From the NCBI GenBank assembly GCA_951406725.2, contig OX597830.1:66278001-66342000 (forward strand): a DNA stretch of 64,000 nt, given 5' to 3'. This DNA comes from Octopus vulgaris. Taxonomy: Eukaryota. The notes under the pieces are model-generated. The model had not been told where the DNA came from, made no database searches, and saw only the letters and a program-made list of their open reading frames with translations. Below, one piece after another: positions 1-14,151 of this stretch (the stretch's first letter is position 1; the number at the start of each line of letters is the position of its first letter). The translations under genes were made by a program, and so were the position numbers.

Positions 1-407
1 TCCATGAATGGCCTCTTCTACCCAGACAATAAGCCCAGCAAACTGGCTTCTGTGCCGGTGACATGTAGGAGGCACCATTCGAGCGGGATCGTTACCAGCA
101 TCGCCCCGACTGGCACCTGTGCCGTTGGCATGTGTAAAAAATTCGAGCGAGGTCAATCCCAGTACCGCCTGACTGGCACCCGTGCCAGTGGCACGCAAAA
201 GCACCCACTACACTCTCGGAGTCTACCAAATCCACTCACAAGGCATTGGTCGGCCCGGGGCTATAGCAGAAGACACTGTAGAAACTCTGCCAGATCAAGA
301 CTGGAGCCTGGTGCAGCCATCTGGTTCACCAGCCCACAGTCAAACTGTCCAACCCATGCTAGCATGGAAAACGGATGTTAAATGATAATGATGATGATGA
401 TGATGAT
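1..407 (+). mobile_element. SINE family C (internal ~45-bp subrepeats, (GAT)n tail)
   Basis: gtggcacgtaaaaagcacc-type subrepeats; tail ccaacccatgctagcatggaaaacggacgttaaa(tga)n. More than 12 copies. Confidence 0.8.
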
Positions 408-834
408 CGACTGCAGAGAATTCTTGATCCTTGAGATTGACTCCCCTTCTCATGTGGAGCTGGTCATAATTGCCATTTGGTAATTATTGTATTCTTTAGA
501 GGCAGAAATAATTTTCATAACTTGAGAACTTATGTTGTATGGTATTTGATATACCTGTATATTTTATCTGTCTTGTACATGCCACTGCCCGTTCTTAGCT
601 CGTTTTTGTTTCATAAAGTTTTAAGCTCACCCACGCATACATTCACAAGTGCTCACCCCCATTTACACATACATACTCCATCCTTACATACATAAATGTG
701 CTTGCACACTCTAGTTCAGCCAGGTCACTGTTATTATCTCCCTTTCACTCAGCCTCTTTCTTGCAGTCATATCATTAAGCTGAACCATTAACCCCTACAT
801 ATCTTCTTTCTCTCTCCATGTTTTCTCTTAACCA

Positions 835-868
835 TTTCTGCTGAAGTGCATAGGCTCGAAATATCAAA
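835..868 (+). ncRNA. Hammerhead-like motif of the CTGTNGA family (decayed)
   Basis: ttt-CTGCTGA-a-gtgc(atag)gctc-GAAA-ta-TC-aaa, with the same downstream tail (gacttttccattcttcctgagc...). Confidence 0.45.
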
Positions 869-989
869 GACTTTTCCATTCTTCCTGAGCATCAAGCTGA
901 TAAGGTTGCTTGTTGTTCCCCCACCTTGTCTTTGTCTTTTGATTTCTGTAAATTTGAACTAGATATATGTGTATGTCTCTGTCTATATG

Positions 990-1216
990 TATTTCTTTAC
1001 TACCCACAAGGGGCTAAACACAGAGGGGACAAACAAGAACAGACAAATGGATTAAGTCGATTACATCGACCCCAGTGCGTAACTGGTACTTAATTTATCG
1101 ACCCTGAAAGGATAAAAGGCAAAGTCGACCTCGACGGAATTTGAACTCAGAACGTAACGGCAGACGGAATACAGCTACACATTTCGCCCGGCGTGCTAAC
1201 GTTTCTGCCAGCTCGT
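990..1216 (-). mobile_element. SINE family B
   Basis: Reverse complement of 2645-2877. Confidence 0.9.
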
Positions 1217-1640
1217 CTCTGTCTATATATATGTATGTTGGTGTGTGTATGTGCATATATATATAGAAATATTCTTTTACTCTTATATATGTATCAGGGA
1301 TGTGCCATATACGTAGGCAGTGCCTATCTTGAATAAAATAGATTGATAGCAACATTTTCCTCTCATGGCAAAATATGCACCTAATTCAATAAAAAATAAA
1401 ATAAAAGGTTACTATGCATAAAATGCAAAATGTTTTATTTTTCTGTAGATTAGGTAGGCATAATTCACCCCTGCTTTTCAATCTCAGTATTTAAGCTACA
1501 CATAGTACTGCTGTAGTACATGTGCTGGGTACATTTCAACAACTCTGTTTTCTTTATGTGTAATAAAGGCAGAAATAGATCTGCCTTCAACTCAGTCGGG
1601 CAACTGTGTTTCATTTATGTTTTGTGTGCTGATATATATA

Positions 1641-2051
1641 CTCTTTTACTCTTTTACTTGTTTCAGTCATTTGACTGCGGCCATGCTGGAGCACCGCCTT
1701 TAGTTGAGCAAATCGATCCCGGGACTTATTCTTTGTAAGCCCAGTACTTATTCTATCGGTATTTTTTTGCCGAACCGCTAAGTGATGGGGACGTAAACAC
1801 ACCAGCATCGGTTGTCAAGCAATGCTAGTGGGACAAACACAGACACACAAACATACACACACATATATACATATATATACATACATACGACAGGCTTCTT
1901 TCAGTTTTCGTCTACCAAATCCACTCACAAGGCATTGGTCGGCCCGGGGCTATAGCAGAAGACACTTGCCCAAGGTGCCATGCAGTGGGACTGAACCCTG
2001 AACCATGTGGTTGGTTAGCAAGCTACTTACCACACAGCCACTCCTGCGCCT
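1641..2051 (-). mobile_element. SINE family A (tRNA-like head, CORE-like motif, internal microsatellite, CR1-like tail)
   Basis: Head aggcgcaggagtggctgtgtggtaag...gggttcagtccc, CORE-like gcaccttgggcaagt, tail cagcatggccgcagtcaaatgactgaaac-(aagtaaaagag)n. More than 12 copies in the window. Confidence 0.9.
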
Positions 2052-2090
<39 letters not shown>

Positions 2091-2107
2091 ATTTATTTTA
2101 TAGAAGG

Positions 2108-2158
2108 AGCTTCTACAGGACTAAAACTGTTTCATTCAAATGAAATCATCAGGAAGCT
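2108..2158 (-). ncRNA. Type-I hammerhead ribozyme (left arm of the palindrome)
   Basis: Reverse complement of 2155-2205 with one loop substitution. Confidence 0.75.
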
Positions 2159-2205
2159 TCCTGATGATTTCATTTGAATGAAACAGTTCTAGTCCTGTAG
2201 AAGCT
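2155..2205 (+). ncRNA. Type-I hammerhead ribozyme with canonical core (right arm of a palindrome)
   Basis: agcttc-CTGATGA-t-ttca(tt)tgaa-t-GAAA-cag(ttctagtc)ctg-TA-gaagct; GUA cleavage triplet. Confidence 0.8.
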
Positions 2206-2287
2206 CCTTCTATAAAATAAATTAATTTACTCTGCTATGTATTGAGTACCTTATTTACTGTGGTTAACCCCGACTCAACCCGGGACC

Positions 2288-2336
<49 letters not shown>

Positions 2337-2644
2337 TTTCTTTTTCCTTCTTCAACTGCCCATCATAAGTCGCCATTGACTGCTTTTGTTCAGTGATCAT
2401 CTGTGGCAGGCTTGCACATGGTCTACAAACGCCTGCTCTCGATCTGCAGCTGACATCTGCTGTTGGTGCAGCTACTTGACACAAACAGAGAAGTGATGCC
2501 TCTCGTGTGACCTTTTGTGTTCTCTCTGTTGTTTACTATCATCATCGTTATTGCATTTAATTCCGATTTTCATGCTGGCATGGGCTGGATGGTTCTACAG
2601 GAACTATGAGTTGGCGGCTGGATAGTTCAACAAGAACTGATGAA

Positions 2645-2877
2645 AGGCGGCGAGCTGGCAGAAACGTTAGCACGCCGGGCGAAATGCTTAGCGGTATTTC
2701 GTCTGCGTTACGTTGTGAGTTCAAATTCCGCCGAGGTCGACTTTGCCTTTCATCCTTTCGGGGTCGATAAATTAAGTACCAGTTATGCACTGGGGTCGAT
2801 GTAATCGACTTAATACCTATGTCTGTCCTTGTTTGTCCCCTCTATGTTTAGCCCCTTGTGGGTAATAAAGAAATAGG
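2645..2877 (+). mobile_element. SINE family B (~230 bp) with 10-bp TSD
   Basis: aaggcggcgagctggcagaaacgttagc...gagttcaaattcc...gcctttcatcctttcggggtcgataaa...aataaagaaata; TSD gaactgatga. About 15 copies in the window. Confidence 0.9.
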
Positions 2878-3204
2878 AACTGATGAGTTGGAAGACTTGC
2901 AGCATGCTCCAAGGTCTATTTTAGCATGCTTTCAGTGCCTTTCTAATGCCAGTCCTGTCACAGAATGTGCTGTGTTTTTTCCATTGCACTAACACTAGTG
3001 AAATTTGCCGTGTACCTTGGAAAGAGCACAAGGACCAAGGACTAAGATGAGGAATTATTTACATTACTCTTTTACTTGTCTTAGTCATTTGACTGCAGCC
3101 ATGCTGGAGCACCACCTTTCTAGTCGAGCAAATCGACCCCAGGACTTATTCTTTGTAAGCCTAGTACTAATTCTATCGGTGTCTTTTGCCAAACTGCTAA
3201 GTTA

Positions 3205-3722
3205 TGTATTTCTTTACTGTCCATAAGGGGCTAAACAAGGACAGACATAGGTATTAAGTCGATTACATCGACCCCAGTGCATAACTGGTACTTAATTTAT
3301 CGACCCCGAAAGGATGAAAGGCAAAGTTGACCTCGGCGGAATTTGAACTCAGAACGTAACGGCAGATGAAATATGGCTACGCATTTCGCCCGGTGTGCTA
3401 ACGATTCTGCCTGGAGACATAAACACACCAGCATTGGTTGTCAAGTGATGTTGGGGGGAACAAACACAGACACACATATACGTGTATATGCTTGGGAGGC
3501 GAGCTGGCAGAAATGTTAGTATGGCGGGCGAAATGCGTGGCCGTATTTCGTCTGCCGTTACGTTCTGAGTTCAAATTCCGCCGAGGTCGACTTTGCCTTT
3601 CATCCTTTCGGGGTCGATAAATTAAGTACCAGTTGCACACTGGGGTCGATGTAATCGACTTAATCCGTTTGTCTGTCCTTGTTTGTCCTCTGTGTTTAGC
3701 CCCTTGTGGGTAGTAAAGAAAT
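3205..3722. mobile_element. Two divergently oriented SINE B copies (3205-3411 minus, 3497-3722 plus) nested in a SINE A
   Basis: Homology to 2645-2877; SINE A pieces at 3065-3204 and 3415-3480. Confidence 0.85.
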
Positions 3723-3949
3723 ATATATGCTTGGGAGTGAGTAAAATTAAGCAGATTCCAGGAATTTACTATTGCTTTGCTTAAAGGTAAAGGTGATCTT
3801 GACAGGTTTTGAACATAAAATGTGAAAATGCCTGTTACTAAATTCTGTCTGTTATTGCTTTTGCCAACCCCAACACTTTAACAGTTTCTCTCTATTTCCA
3901 CTGCACCTCAGCTTTTCTAAAATTTAATCTAATATATAATCATTCAATT

Positions 3950-5105
3950 GTTGCTTTTATTTGAGAATGAAAAAGTCTGACATGTCAACAAGGCCATAAA
4001 GTAGCAGAAGGTAGAAGCTCCAGGAAACTGTGAAGGAAGTAGAAAATGTATAGGAAGCTCTAGGAGATTGTTGGACTTGGCAACTAGAGAGTCGGGAGGT
4101 GGAAAAATATCCAAGCCAGGTACATAGAAGAGAGGGCTCATAGTACAAAGGATCTGCAGATCATTGTGTAAAGGAAGTAGGACTTGCCCAGCAGGACAAT
4201 GGATATAGAGGGACCAAACATTCAAGAGCAAAATGTTTTGGAGCAAACTCTGGATAAGTGACCAAGGAACATTTTCCTTCATCCTGTCTGTTATTGCTTT
4301 TGCCAACCCCAAATGACATTACAATTTAGGGTAAGCAGTTTGAAGTAACTTTTTGTACCCTGAACCACATTTTGACTGGCTGTCCTAAAGCACTGGGAGA
4401 AAGCCAATACAAGTGGCGGTATAACAAGGTCCTTAGAGAAATCACCAAATGGACCGGCTAGCAGAAGGTTAAGGTCAACAAACAGCAGCCACCATCATGA
4501 AAGGCATCAAATTCCTAAGGGAAGGTGACTGACAAGGCTCCTAGGATGAGAGCAATAATAGGGGACCCATTTTCTATTTTGCATCCAGCCTCAGATTGGG
4601 AGATGCAAGTGAACCTGAAGGGTAGTCTTGTCTTCCAAGAGATGGTAGGGTAACATCACCCCAAGACATGTTCCTGCTTTCCAAGAATACAAAAACAATT
4701 ATCATGATTGATACAAAACATCATCATCATCATTTAGTGTCCGCTTTCCATGCTAGCATGGGTTGGACGGTTCAACTGGGGTCTGTGAAGCCAGAAGGCT
4801 GCACCAGGCCCAGTCTGATCTGGCAATGTTTCTATGTTTCTATGATGCCCTTCCTAACGCCAACCACTCCGTGAGTGTAGTGGGTGCTTTTTACATGCCA
4901 CTGGCACAGGTGCCAAACGGAGCTGGCAAACGGCCACGGACGGATGGTGCTTTTTACGTGCCACCGGCACGGGGGCCAGGCGAGGCTGGCAACGGCCACG
5001 AACGGATGGTGCTTTTTACGTGCCACCGGCACGGAAAACAGTATACATAATTATCATGGTTGAATTTAAAGTGTCCTAGGAGAGCAGACTTGACATTTCT
5101 CACGA
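3950..5105 (+). pseudogene. Decayed RLE-type non-LTR retrotransposon (HERO/NeSL-like) C-terminal region
   Basis: TLNHILTGCPKALGESQYKWRYNKVL (zinc-knuckle end and RH-like motif), ASDWEMQVNL, DMFLLSKNTKTIIM, and EFKVS*ESR after the SINE at 4720-5035. Confidence 0.75.
4720..5035 (-). mobile_element. SINE family C inserted in the HERO-like remnant
   Basis: Family tail and subrepeats; flanking aattatcatg(a/g)ttga is duplicated. Confidence 0.85.
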
Positions 5106-7945
5106 AAATGTTTAGCAACATTTCTTCTTGCACTTTACATTCTGAGTTCAAATACTACAGAGGTCAGTGAACTTTGCTTTTTACTATTCTTGGGTCGATG
5201 GTATCGATTAACACCCTGCCCCTAAAATTACTGACCTTGTGTGTACATTAGAAATGTTAGAAATAATTATTATTATTAATGCCCACGTTATTACCTTATA
5301 AAGAGCATATACATTTCCCCCAGACACACACACTATAGGAGCATAAGATAAACAGTCTGTAATGATTCTCTCAATGTATTAACAGTAGAAATAAACAAGA
5401 ATTGAAACCAGGCCGCGAATTTAACAAGAGCTTGCCATTTATGATATTGAGGGCAGCTGGATGGCAGAATTGGTAGAAAGCTAACCACGTCTATATTCAA
5501 ATAAATATATCCTTTGATGTTATGCTTTCAAATCCGGCCGGAGTCGACTTAGTTCTTCCTCTTTCTGGAGTTAATATAAATGTTCACTCCCGTAAAATGT
5601 ATGGTCATTTGACCAAGTTACAATTATCGTTAATTAGGCATTAATATTGTTTTAAGAAAAGAGTGGCGAGAATTTGTGACGTTCATGTCTTTGCTGAGAT
5701 ATGAACTTTCGAACTACCAGCAGTATATTGGTGTTTCGATGTGGTGGAGTTGCTGTTTAGCCTCAGCACAGGCCGTGATCGAGTAGATCGATGTTTCTGT
5801 TGTGACCACTCCTTTTATCTAAGCATAGTGTATCTCCAAATACATTATCCAACGTGTCTTTCCTTGATAGTAGGATGTGATTTGTGGGAGATTTCACTGG
5901 TATTTCTAGCAAGCCGAACGACCACGTAGACATAGACTCCTTGGTTGGTTCGTGTTTAGATTTGTAGTTGTGCGTTGATGTTAGGGAAGATAAGCGATTT
6001 AACGGTTCATGTCAATCAGTAGTGAACGAAGCAGAGGGAAAAAAGAGAAAGAGAAAAGAATAAGAAAGAAGAAGAAGGAAGAAACAAGTTGGCCTGAGGC
6101 TACTAAACGAAGCAGTAGTAAAAGTGGTGTAAAATACCACTGCATACTAAGGAAGATTCACTGACCGAACACTAAATATTTGCCAAGAGTAAGCAATCCA
6201 CCCACGTGTGGAGTTTCGTTCAACAAAAATAAATAAACCGATATTAAAGCAAGGATCTTAATAAAAACCCCGTTTAAATTTCGCCGCCCGAAAAAGATCT
6301 ATAATCGAACGAAACTAGAAAAAAAAAGAGAAAACAAAACCTCAGTTGTGTATGTATATATATTTATATATATATGTGTAGGATAAATGAAAAAGACATA
6401 TATATATATACATAGATATAAGTGTAAGAGAGAGAAGAATTAAGGTGTATAGTGGGATGATCGTACAGCTATGCCACGAGCAGTTAGGATGTCTAGCGTA
6501 TAGTTCTATGTCATTTATTCTATGGAAACTTGTCTGGTATCTTCTGTACTCTTTCCGTTTCACACACACACTCACGCACTTGTCTTCTCTCTTTCCTTCT
6601 CCGTCTCTTTCTTCGACCGCAGCAGCTGATTTCACTGAAAATGCAACTAGCCACTGTGTTAGCCACAACTTCGACAGTCGCTTATACAACAACAGGCTTA
6701 TGTTATTCAACAAAAACTCTACAGAAATGTGACGGCACCTGCTGGATTCGAACAATGATCGTTCTGGTAAGCAGTTTGGAACAAGTTCCTAAATAATACA
6801 GCACTTCGCTTTATCCTTTGTCTTACAGTTTCCCCCACTGACTTAAGAAAAAAAAAAAAAAACCCAAAAAACAAGAAAAGAAAAGAAAATGAAAAATCCA
6901 TGGTCATTTCTGTTCGTTGTTGGGTTTTCATTCAAAGCTTCCAGGTTGATTTCACGTACTGATTGATAGTTCTTCCTTTTCTTCTTCTTCTTCGAATCCC
7001 TCCCGAGGTCGACTTAGCCATTCATTCTTTAGAAAATCGATAAAAAATAAGTAACCAGTTAACAACTGGACGAGTCAATCGGCGGTTCCTTGTGTTTTAT
7101 TTTATTTTTTGAAATTGTGTGGTTCTTGTGCCTATGTTAGACATTATTCTTATTTTCATTCCACCTTCTTCCACGTCTTTTGCAATCACTTAAAGATATT
7201 TCGGCACATTGATGATAGTGGACAATCTCCCGCCGCCGCCGCCGCATACGAGGTATCGTCTTAATGTTTATCGCAATCGGATGGAAAAACCTACCCTCCA
7301 ACACCATCCGAATAGAAAAAACAAAATGAAAAGACAAAAAAGAAAAAAATGAAAGAAGGAAAGGAAGAACTAGTAAAAAAATTGCTTTAACTCCCACCTC
7401 ACAAATTGAATGTCTTAATCGAGCAGACTATATATACATACACACTACATACATACATACATACATACATACATACATCATTTTCATTTAACATCCGTGT
7501 TCCATGCTGGTATGGGTTGGACACACACACACACACACACATTTGTAAACATATACATGCCTATTCACATGCAAACATACACATATACATACTACACACA
7601 CACACACACACACATACACATATTATATATATAGATATAGATATATACACGTATGCATATATATTCATACACATACAATATTCAAATATATGTATGTGTA
7701 TATATATATATATATGTATATATACACAAGCATATACATACATGTTATATTTATATAACTCATGTATATTTTAATAATTACTGGTATCTTTATATATCAA
7801 TACATTTCATATGTAAAGCATAATATGTTATACACGTATGTATATTCCTGTAATTGTCATTTTAGTAAATAAATATATAAGTTAACAGAATATAATGTCT
7901 AAAAGTTGATGAACCACCTATTGATCCCCTCCATTTTCATATTAC

Positions 7946-8390
<445 letters not shown>

Positions 8391-8699
8391 CAGAGGGTCA
8401 AGTCTTGGCACAGATGGTTTTATAGAAAGAAAGCTATGTTCTTTAAGCTTTGACAAGTCAATGAAAGAGTCTACCAGCCCCGAATATAAACAAATTGTTC
8501 GCTCCTAGTACCAAGAACTGTCGACACTTTATTCTGTTCGCTTCTCGCTGATAATCTTCTTCACATTCCTTCTTTTCTGCCCAAATCGTCTTCTGACATC
8601 GATATTTCTTTGACTTAACCAAAAACTTACTTTTATAGACTTTAGTTGTGCTCAAAAAATAACTGCATATGTTTATTTCAATGCGACCGCACGCACTTC

Positions 8700-8874
8700 C
8701 ATACATACATATAAATCATACATACATACATACATACATACATATACACATACATACATACATATATACATACATACATACATACATACATACATACATA
8801 CATACATACATACATACATAATACATACATACACACATACATACATACATACATACATACATACATACATACAC

Positions 8875-8905
<31 letters not shown>

Positions 8906-9235
8906 CACATACATACATACATACATATATACATACATACATACATACATACATACATACATACATACATACATACATACATACATACATACATACATAC
9001 ACACATACATACATACATACATACATACATACATACATACATACATACATACATACATAAATACATACATACATACATACATACATACATACATACATAC
9101 ATACATACATACATACATACATACATACATACATACATACATACATACATACATACATACATACATACATACATACATACATACATACATACATACATAC
9201 ATAAATACATACATACATACATACGTACATACGTA
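8700..9235. repeat. Long (ATAC)n microsatellite
   Basis: About 530 bp of tetranucleotide repeat. Confidence 0.98.
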
Positions 9236-9858
9236 CATGTGCACAAGTTGCATATACAAATGTATTATATACACACACATATACATGTGTGCGTGTATGT
9301 ATATAGAGCTATGTAAATATGTAAATATAATACATATACATATATGTATGCGTGTGTATATATATATATGTATATATGTGTGTGTGTGTGAACATATATT
9401 GGTATGTGTGTGTGTGTGCTTATGTGTGTGCCTCAAATACACACTCACAGACACACACATTATGTTGTCAATGCTGACAACCACAACTACCACGTATACT
9501 ATTTTTCAATAACACAGATTACACAAAACACACCGTATGTAAATATGTTTCAATATTGTAACCGACGACGACACAACACAATCGTGATATTGTATTCACG
9601 TTACAGGCGCGCATACACACACATAATCCTGTTCATTCATTTAAGATAAAAAGGAAATATCACTACACACACACACATACACGCACACAGCTGTACATAT
9701 ATATATACATATATATACGCATACATACATCCTTATTTAAAGTTACTATAATAAATCATAACTAAACACTTGAGTAATATTAACGCGTATACACGCACAC
9801 GCTTTCCGTCATTCGCAATGTGCGCGTGTGTGTATGTGTGTGTATGTGTTTGTGCGTA

Positions 9859-9901
<43 letters not shown>

Positions 9902-10173
9902 AGAGATAGAGTACTATGTATATATATATATATATATGTTTATCTATTTATGTTACATAGATATATTCACATGCTTACGTGTGTATACATATACTAGTAC
10001 GCACGAAGACTTGTCTAGGTTAGTAATTTGATATATAATTAATAATTAATTCTTGTTTGTTTTTTTTTAAATATAATAATTAATTCTTGTTAATTATGTT
10101 TTTTTATTATTATTAATTAACTTAGTACACATGCCATGCTACTCGGTTGTGAAATGGGAAGAATTGCTATATA

Positions 10174-10222
<49 letters not shown>

Positions 10223-10299
10223 ATTTTAATACATGTACTTTCAAATCTGCCTGACTGTCTGTCAATCTATCTATCTATAAACATACACAGACACATGTA

Positions 10300-10382
<83 letters not shown>

Positions 10383-10835
10383 ATATATATATAAATATAT
10401 ATATATATGTGTGTGTGTGTGTGTTTATGGAGGGAAAACACTGCTGCTAGCCGAGAAGTAGCGATTGTCTATCATTTCTGTTACAAAGTAGCGAAACTCG
10501 GAGAACTATCCTCCCACATCACTATATCTGCACTAAATACTACTACTGTTACACACACACACGCACACACACACACACACACACACATAACACACGCATA
10601 AATTCTCTTGTTCTCTCTCAGTGCAATGATGTGTTTACAAGTAGGGAACACAAGCGAATGTACATTTAGTACTTGGGTCTGTTTTGAAGTGTAAGCCTCT
10701 ATGTATGTGTGTGTGTATGTGTGTGTGTGTGTGTGTGTGTGTATTTGTTATATGCACGCATCTGTTGCAAACTTGTTTATTATGATGTTTTAATATGGTT
10801 TTAATACATGTACTTTCAAATTCCGCCTGACCGTC

Positions 10836-10941
10836 TATGTATGTATGTATGTATGTATGTATGTATGTATGTATGTATGTATGTATCTATCTATCTATCT
10901 ATCTATCTGTCTCTATGTATGTATGTATGTATGTATGTATG

Positions 10942-10978
<37 letters not shown>

Positions 10979-11003
10979 GTCTCTATGTATGTATGTATGT
11001 ATG

Positions 11004-11044
<41 letters not shown>

Positions 11045-11134
11045 GTCTCTATGTATGTATGTATGTATGTATGTATCTATCTGTCTATCTATCTGTCTAT
11101 CTATCTATCTATTTATCTATCTACCCCCTCTCAG

Positions 11135-11177
<43 letters not shown>

Positions 11178-11335
11178 CTCTCTCTCTCTATCTATCTATC
11201 TGTCTATCTATCTATTTATGTATGTATGTATGTATGTATGTATGTATCTATCTATCTGTCTATCTATTTATCTCTCTACCCCTCTTTGTCTCTCTCTCTC
11301 TCTCTATCTATCTATCCGCTTGTCTGTCTCTGTCT
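10836..11335. repeat. Compound (TATG)n/(TATC)n microsatellite with higher-order alternation
   Basis: Alternating blocks separated by ctgtctc. Confidence 0.95.
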
Positions 11336-11868
11336 ATCCATACGCACACACACATTTAAATACACATACATACATGCAAAAATCCATACATGCATACATG
11401 AATGCATGCATGCATTCTTATATGCATGCACACATGTTCACAGGAAGAAAAAAACTGTACTCACATTATATACACATTATTACTGACACCACCAAACGCA
11501 CAGCTTTATGTACTTGTAACGACACTACCATATTATATACATCTTTGTGTGGGTGTTTTTAATCTATGATATGCTTTAATTCAAATATGTGTATATGTAT
11601 TCTGTTCGTTGTACGCTGTGTTTATGTAAGTTTCTATGTGTGTGTTGATTTATGCAATGTGAGAACATGTTTATTGTGGCGTGTGTGAGGATGTCGCCTG
11701 TATTTTGTAAAGATGTCAATTTTTTTAAAAAGTAGATTTATGTGGCTGTACGGGGGTGAGATTCTTTAGTTTTGTGCATGTAAGGGGGTCTGAGTGAAGA
11801 CGTGAGGCTGCGTGTGTGTTTTGGTGAATGTGTGTATGCGAGTGAGTAAATGAGTGTGTGTGTGTGTT

Positions 11869-11915
<47 letters not shown>

Positions 11916-12132
11916 TTGCCCATCTACCCATCTCTAAAGAATTCGTTTTGGAGACGAAACAGCGGATGTCATCGTGGGAGAAGAATACACACGTTCACAA
12001 ACACCCTAACGAGGAAAAAGAGACAGAGAGGGAAAGTAAAAGGGGGAAAATATATGTGTATATATATATATGTGTGTGTGTGTATGTATATATATATGTA
12101 TATACATATATATACATATATACATATATATA

Positions 12133-12212
<80 letters not shown>

Positions 12213-12260
12213 GATTGACAGACGGTCAGGCAGAATATATATATATATATATACACACAC

Positions 12261-12291
<31 letters not shown>

Positions 12292-12326
12292 CATCATACA
12301 TACATACACACACACACACATATATA

Positions 12327-12742
12327 CAAGGAGGTGCTGAAAATTTCCTGGCTTTGGTTAAAAGAAAATACAGGAGGATCAGTTAATTGTGATTTTATCC
12401 AACATATTCCCCTCCCAGATTCACACATTTATTGCAGCAGTTCTTCAGTTTTTCTAAGCACTGCGAAAACACTCAGAATATTCTTTTCTACTCTAGGCAC
12501 TAAGGCCCAAACTTTTTTGGGGGAGGGGGCTAGTCAATTAGATCAACCTCAGTACGCAACTGGTACTTAATTTATCAACCCCCGAAAGGGTGAAAGGCAA
12601 AGTCGACCTCGGCAGAATTTGAACTCAGAACGTAAAAACAGACGAAATACCGCTAAGCATTTTGCCCGGCATGCTAACGTTTCTGCCAGCTCGCCGCCTT
12701 GAACTCAGAATATTGGGCCGGCAACTTTTCAGCACCACCTCG
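12327..12742. mobile_element. mariner-like MITE with a nested SINE
   Basis: TA TSD. TIRs caaggaggtgctgaaaattt / aacttttcagcaccacctcg. SINE at ~12483-12700 is flanked by duplicated actcagaatatt. Confidence 0.75.
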
Positions 12743-12776
12743 TATGTATATGTGTGTGTGTGTATAGCTAGACAGG

Positions 12777-12808
<32 letters not shown>

Positions 12809-12811
12809 GAA

Positions 12812-12878
<67 letters not shown>

Positions 12879-12994
12879 TAGATATACACTCATATATTAA
12901 TATATTCATGCAGACACATATACATACACACATAAACATATCACCATCGTCATCCTCATCTCCCTCCTCCTCCTCCTCATCATCATCATCATCA

Positions 12995-13310
12995 CCATAT
13001 CCTGTTTGAATTCCTGGCAGATCATACAAGCTCTCTACAGCAGTCTTCAAACTTGATCTGTTCTTTGCTTTCCTTTACAGTTCGGGTTCCATATCCTCCC
13101 AGTTGGTTCCTATTCTTCTTCTGCCAATCTCTACCAGGTGACTCTCCAGGTGACTCTTGCCTTCTTTTCTCATCTGGGTTCCAATCCAAACCTCTTCTCT
13201 TCTCTTGCCAAAAAAAATCTACCTCACCATTTCAACATATGGTCTGCCCATCTCTTGTGTCTTGTTATTTGTTAGCCAATGGGTTCTGCACAGCTTCAAC
13301 CCAGATCCCT
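12995..13310 (-). pseudogene. Decayed RTE-like LINE 3' end
   Basis: Minus strand RWADHML...LDWNPDEKRR...KAKNRSSLKTAVESL, followed by (GAT)n. Confidence 0.55.
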
Positions 13311-13579
13311 CCTCCTCCTCTCTGCGCCTCTCCCTCCTCCATCATCATCATCATTCTCATGTGCACTTTTCCATGCTTACATGGTTCGGTCCAACAGAAT
13401 TCATGCCATCACCTCTCACCTGTTTCCAAACAAAGGAAATACTTCCTTGTGACCAGACATGTTTTCACGGAAGACTGGAAAACAAACAACACACCACTTA
13501 CTTGTCCCTTGTATGTCTATGACACTTGTTTACAACTGTCACACGATCTCAAGATAGAGAGACACAAACACACACACAT

Positions 13580-13612
<33 letters not shown>

Positions 13613-14151
13613 CACAGACACACACACACATGCGCACACACACACACACATACACACACGCACACATCCATACATGCCAGCTTGGAACACAGGCATTAAA
13701 TGATGATGATGATGATGATGATAACAATAATCAACATCAATTAATGTCCATTTTCCATGCTGGTTGGACAGTTCGACATAAACTAGCCAGATGAAAAACT
13801 GCACCAGGCTCCAATAGTCTGCTTTGGTATGGTTTTCACAGCCCTTCCTAATACCAAGCACTTTACAGAGTGTACTAGGTGCCTTTCATGTGGCACGAGC
13901 ATTAATGCTTTATACGTGGCGCCGGCACCAGTACTCTATGCATAGCACCAGCATGAGTGCTCTATACTTGGTATTGGTATGGGCAGTGCATATGTGGCAC
14001 TGGTATTGGGGCTTTATATGTGGGACCAGGATGTGTAGCGTATATATGGACCAGGCATGGGTGCTTTTTGCAATGATAATGATTGACCAAAACCTTTGAA
14101 TTTGTTATTCGTCACTACCACTGAAAATAAAATAAAAAAATTAAGAAAATA

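Larger units (their letters stand above)
2091..2222. repeat. 132-bp near-perfect palindrome with no spacer
   Basis: 66-bp arms centred on ggaag|cttcc (2156/2157), one mismatch. Confidence 0.95.

Noticed and set aside
2633-2890. CTGATGA motifs at ~2637 and ~2880 as hammerheads or C/D boxes
   Set aside because: They are the two copies of a SINE target-site duplication, with no stems or GAAA in register.
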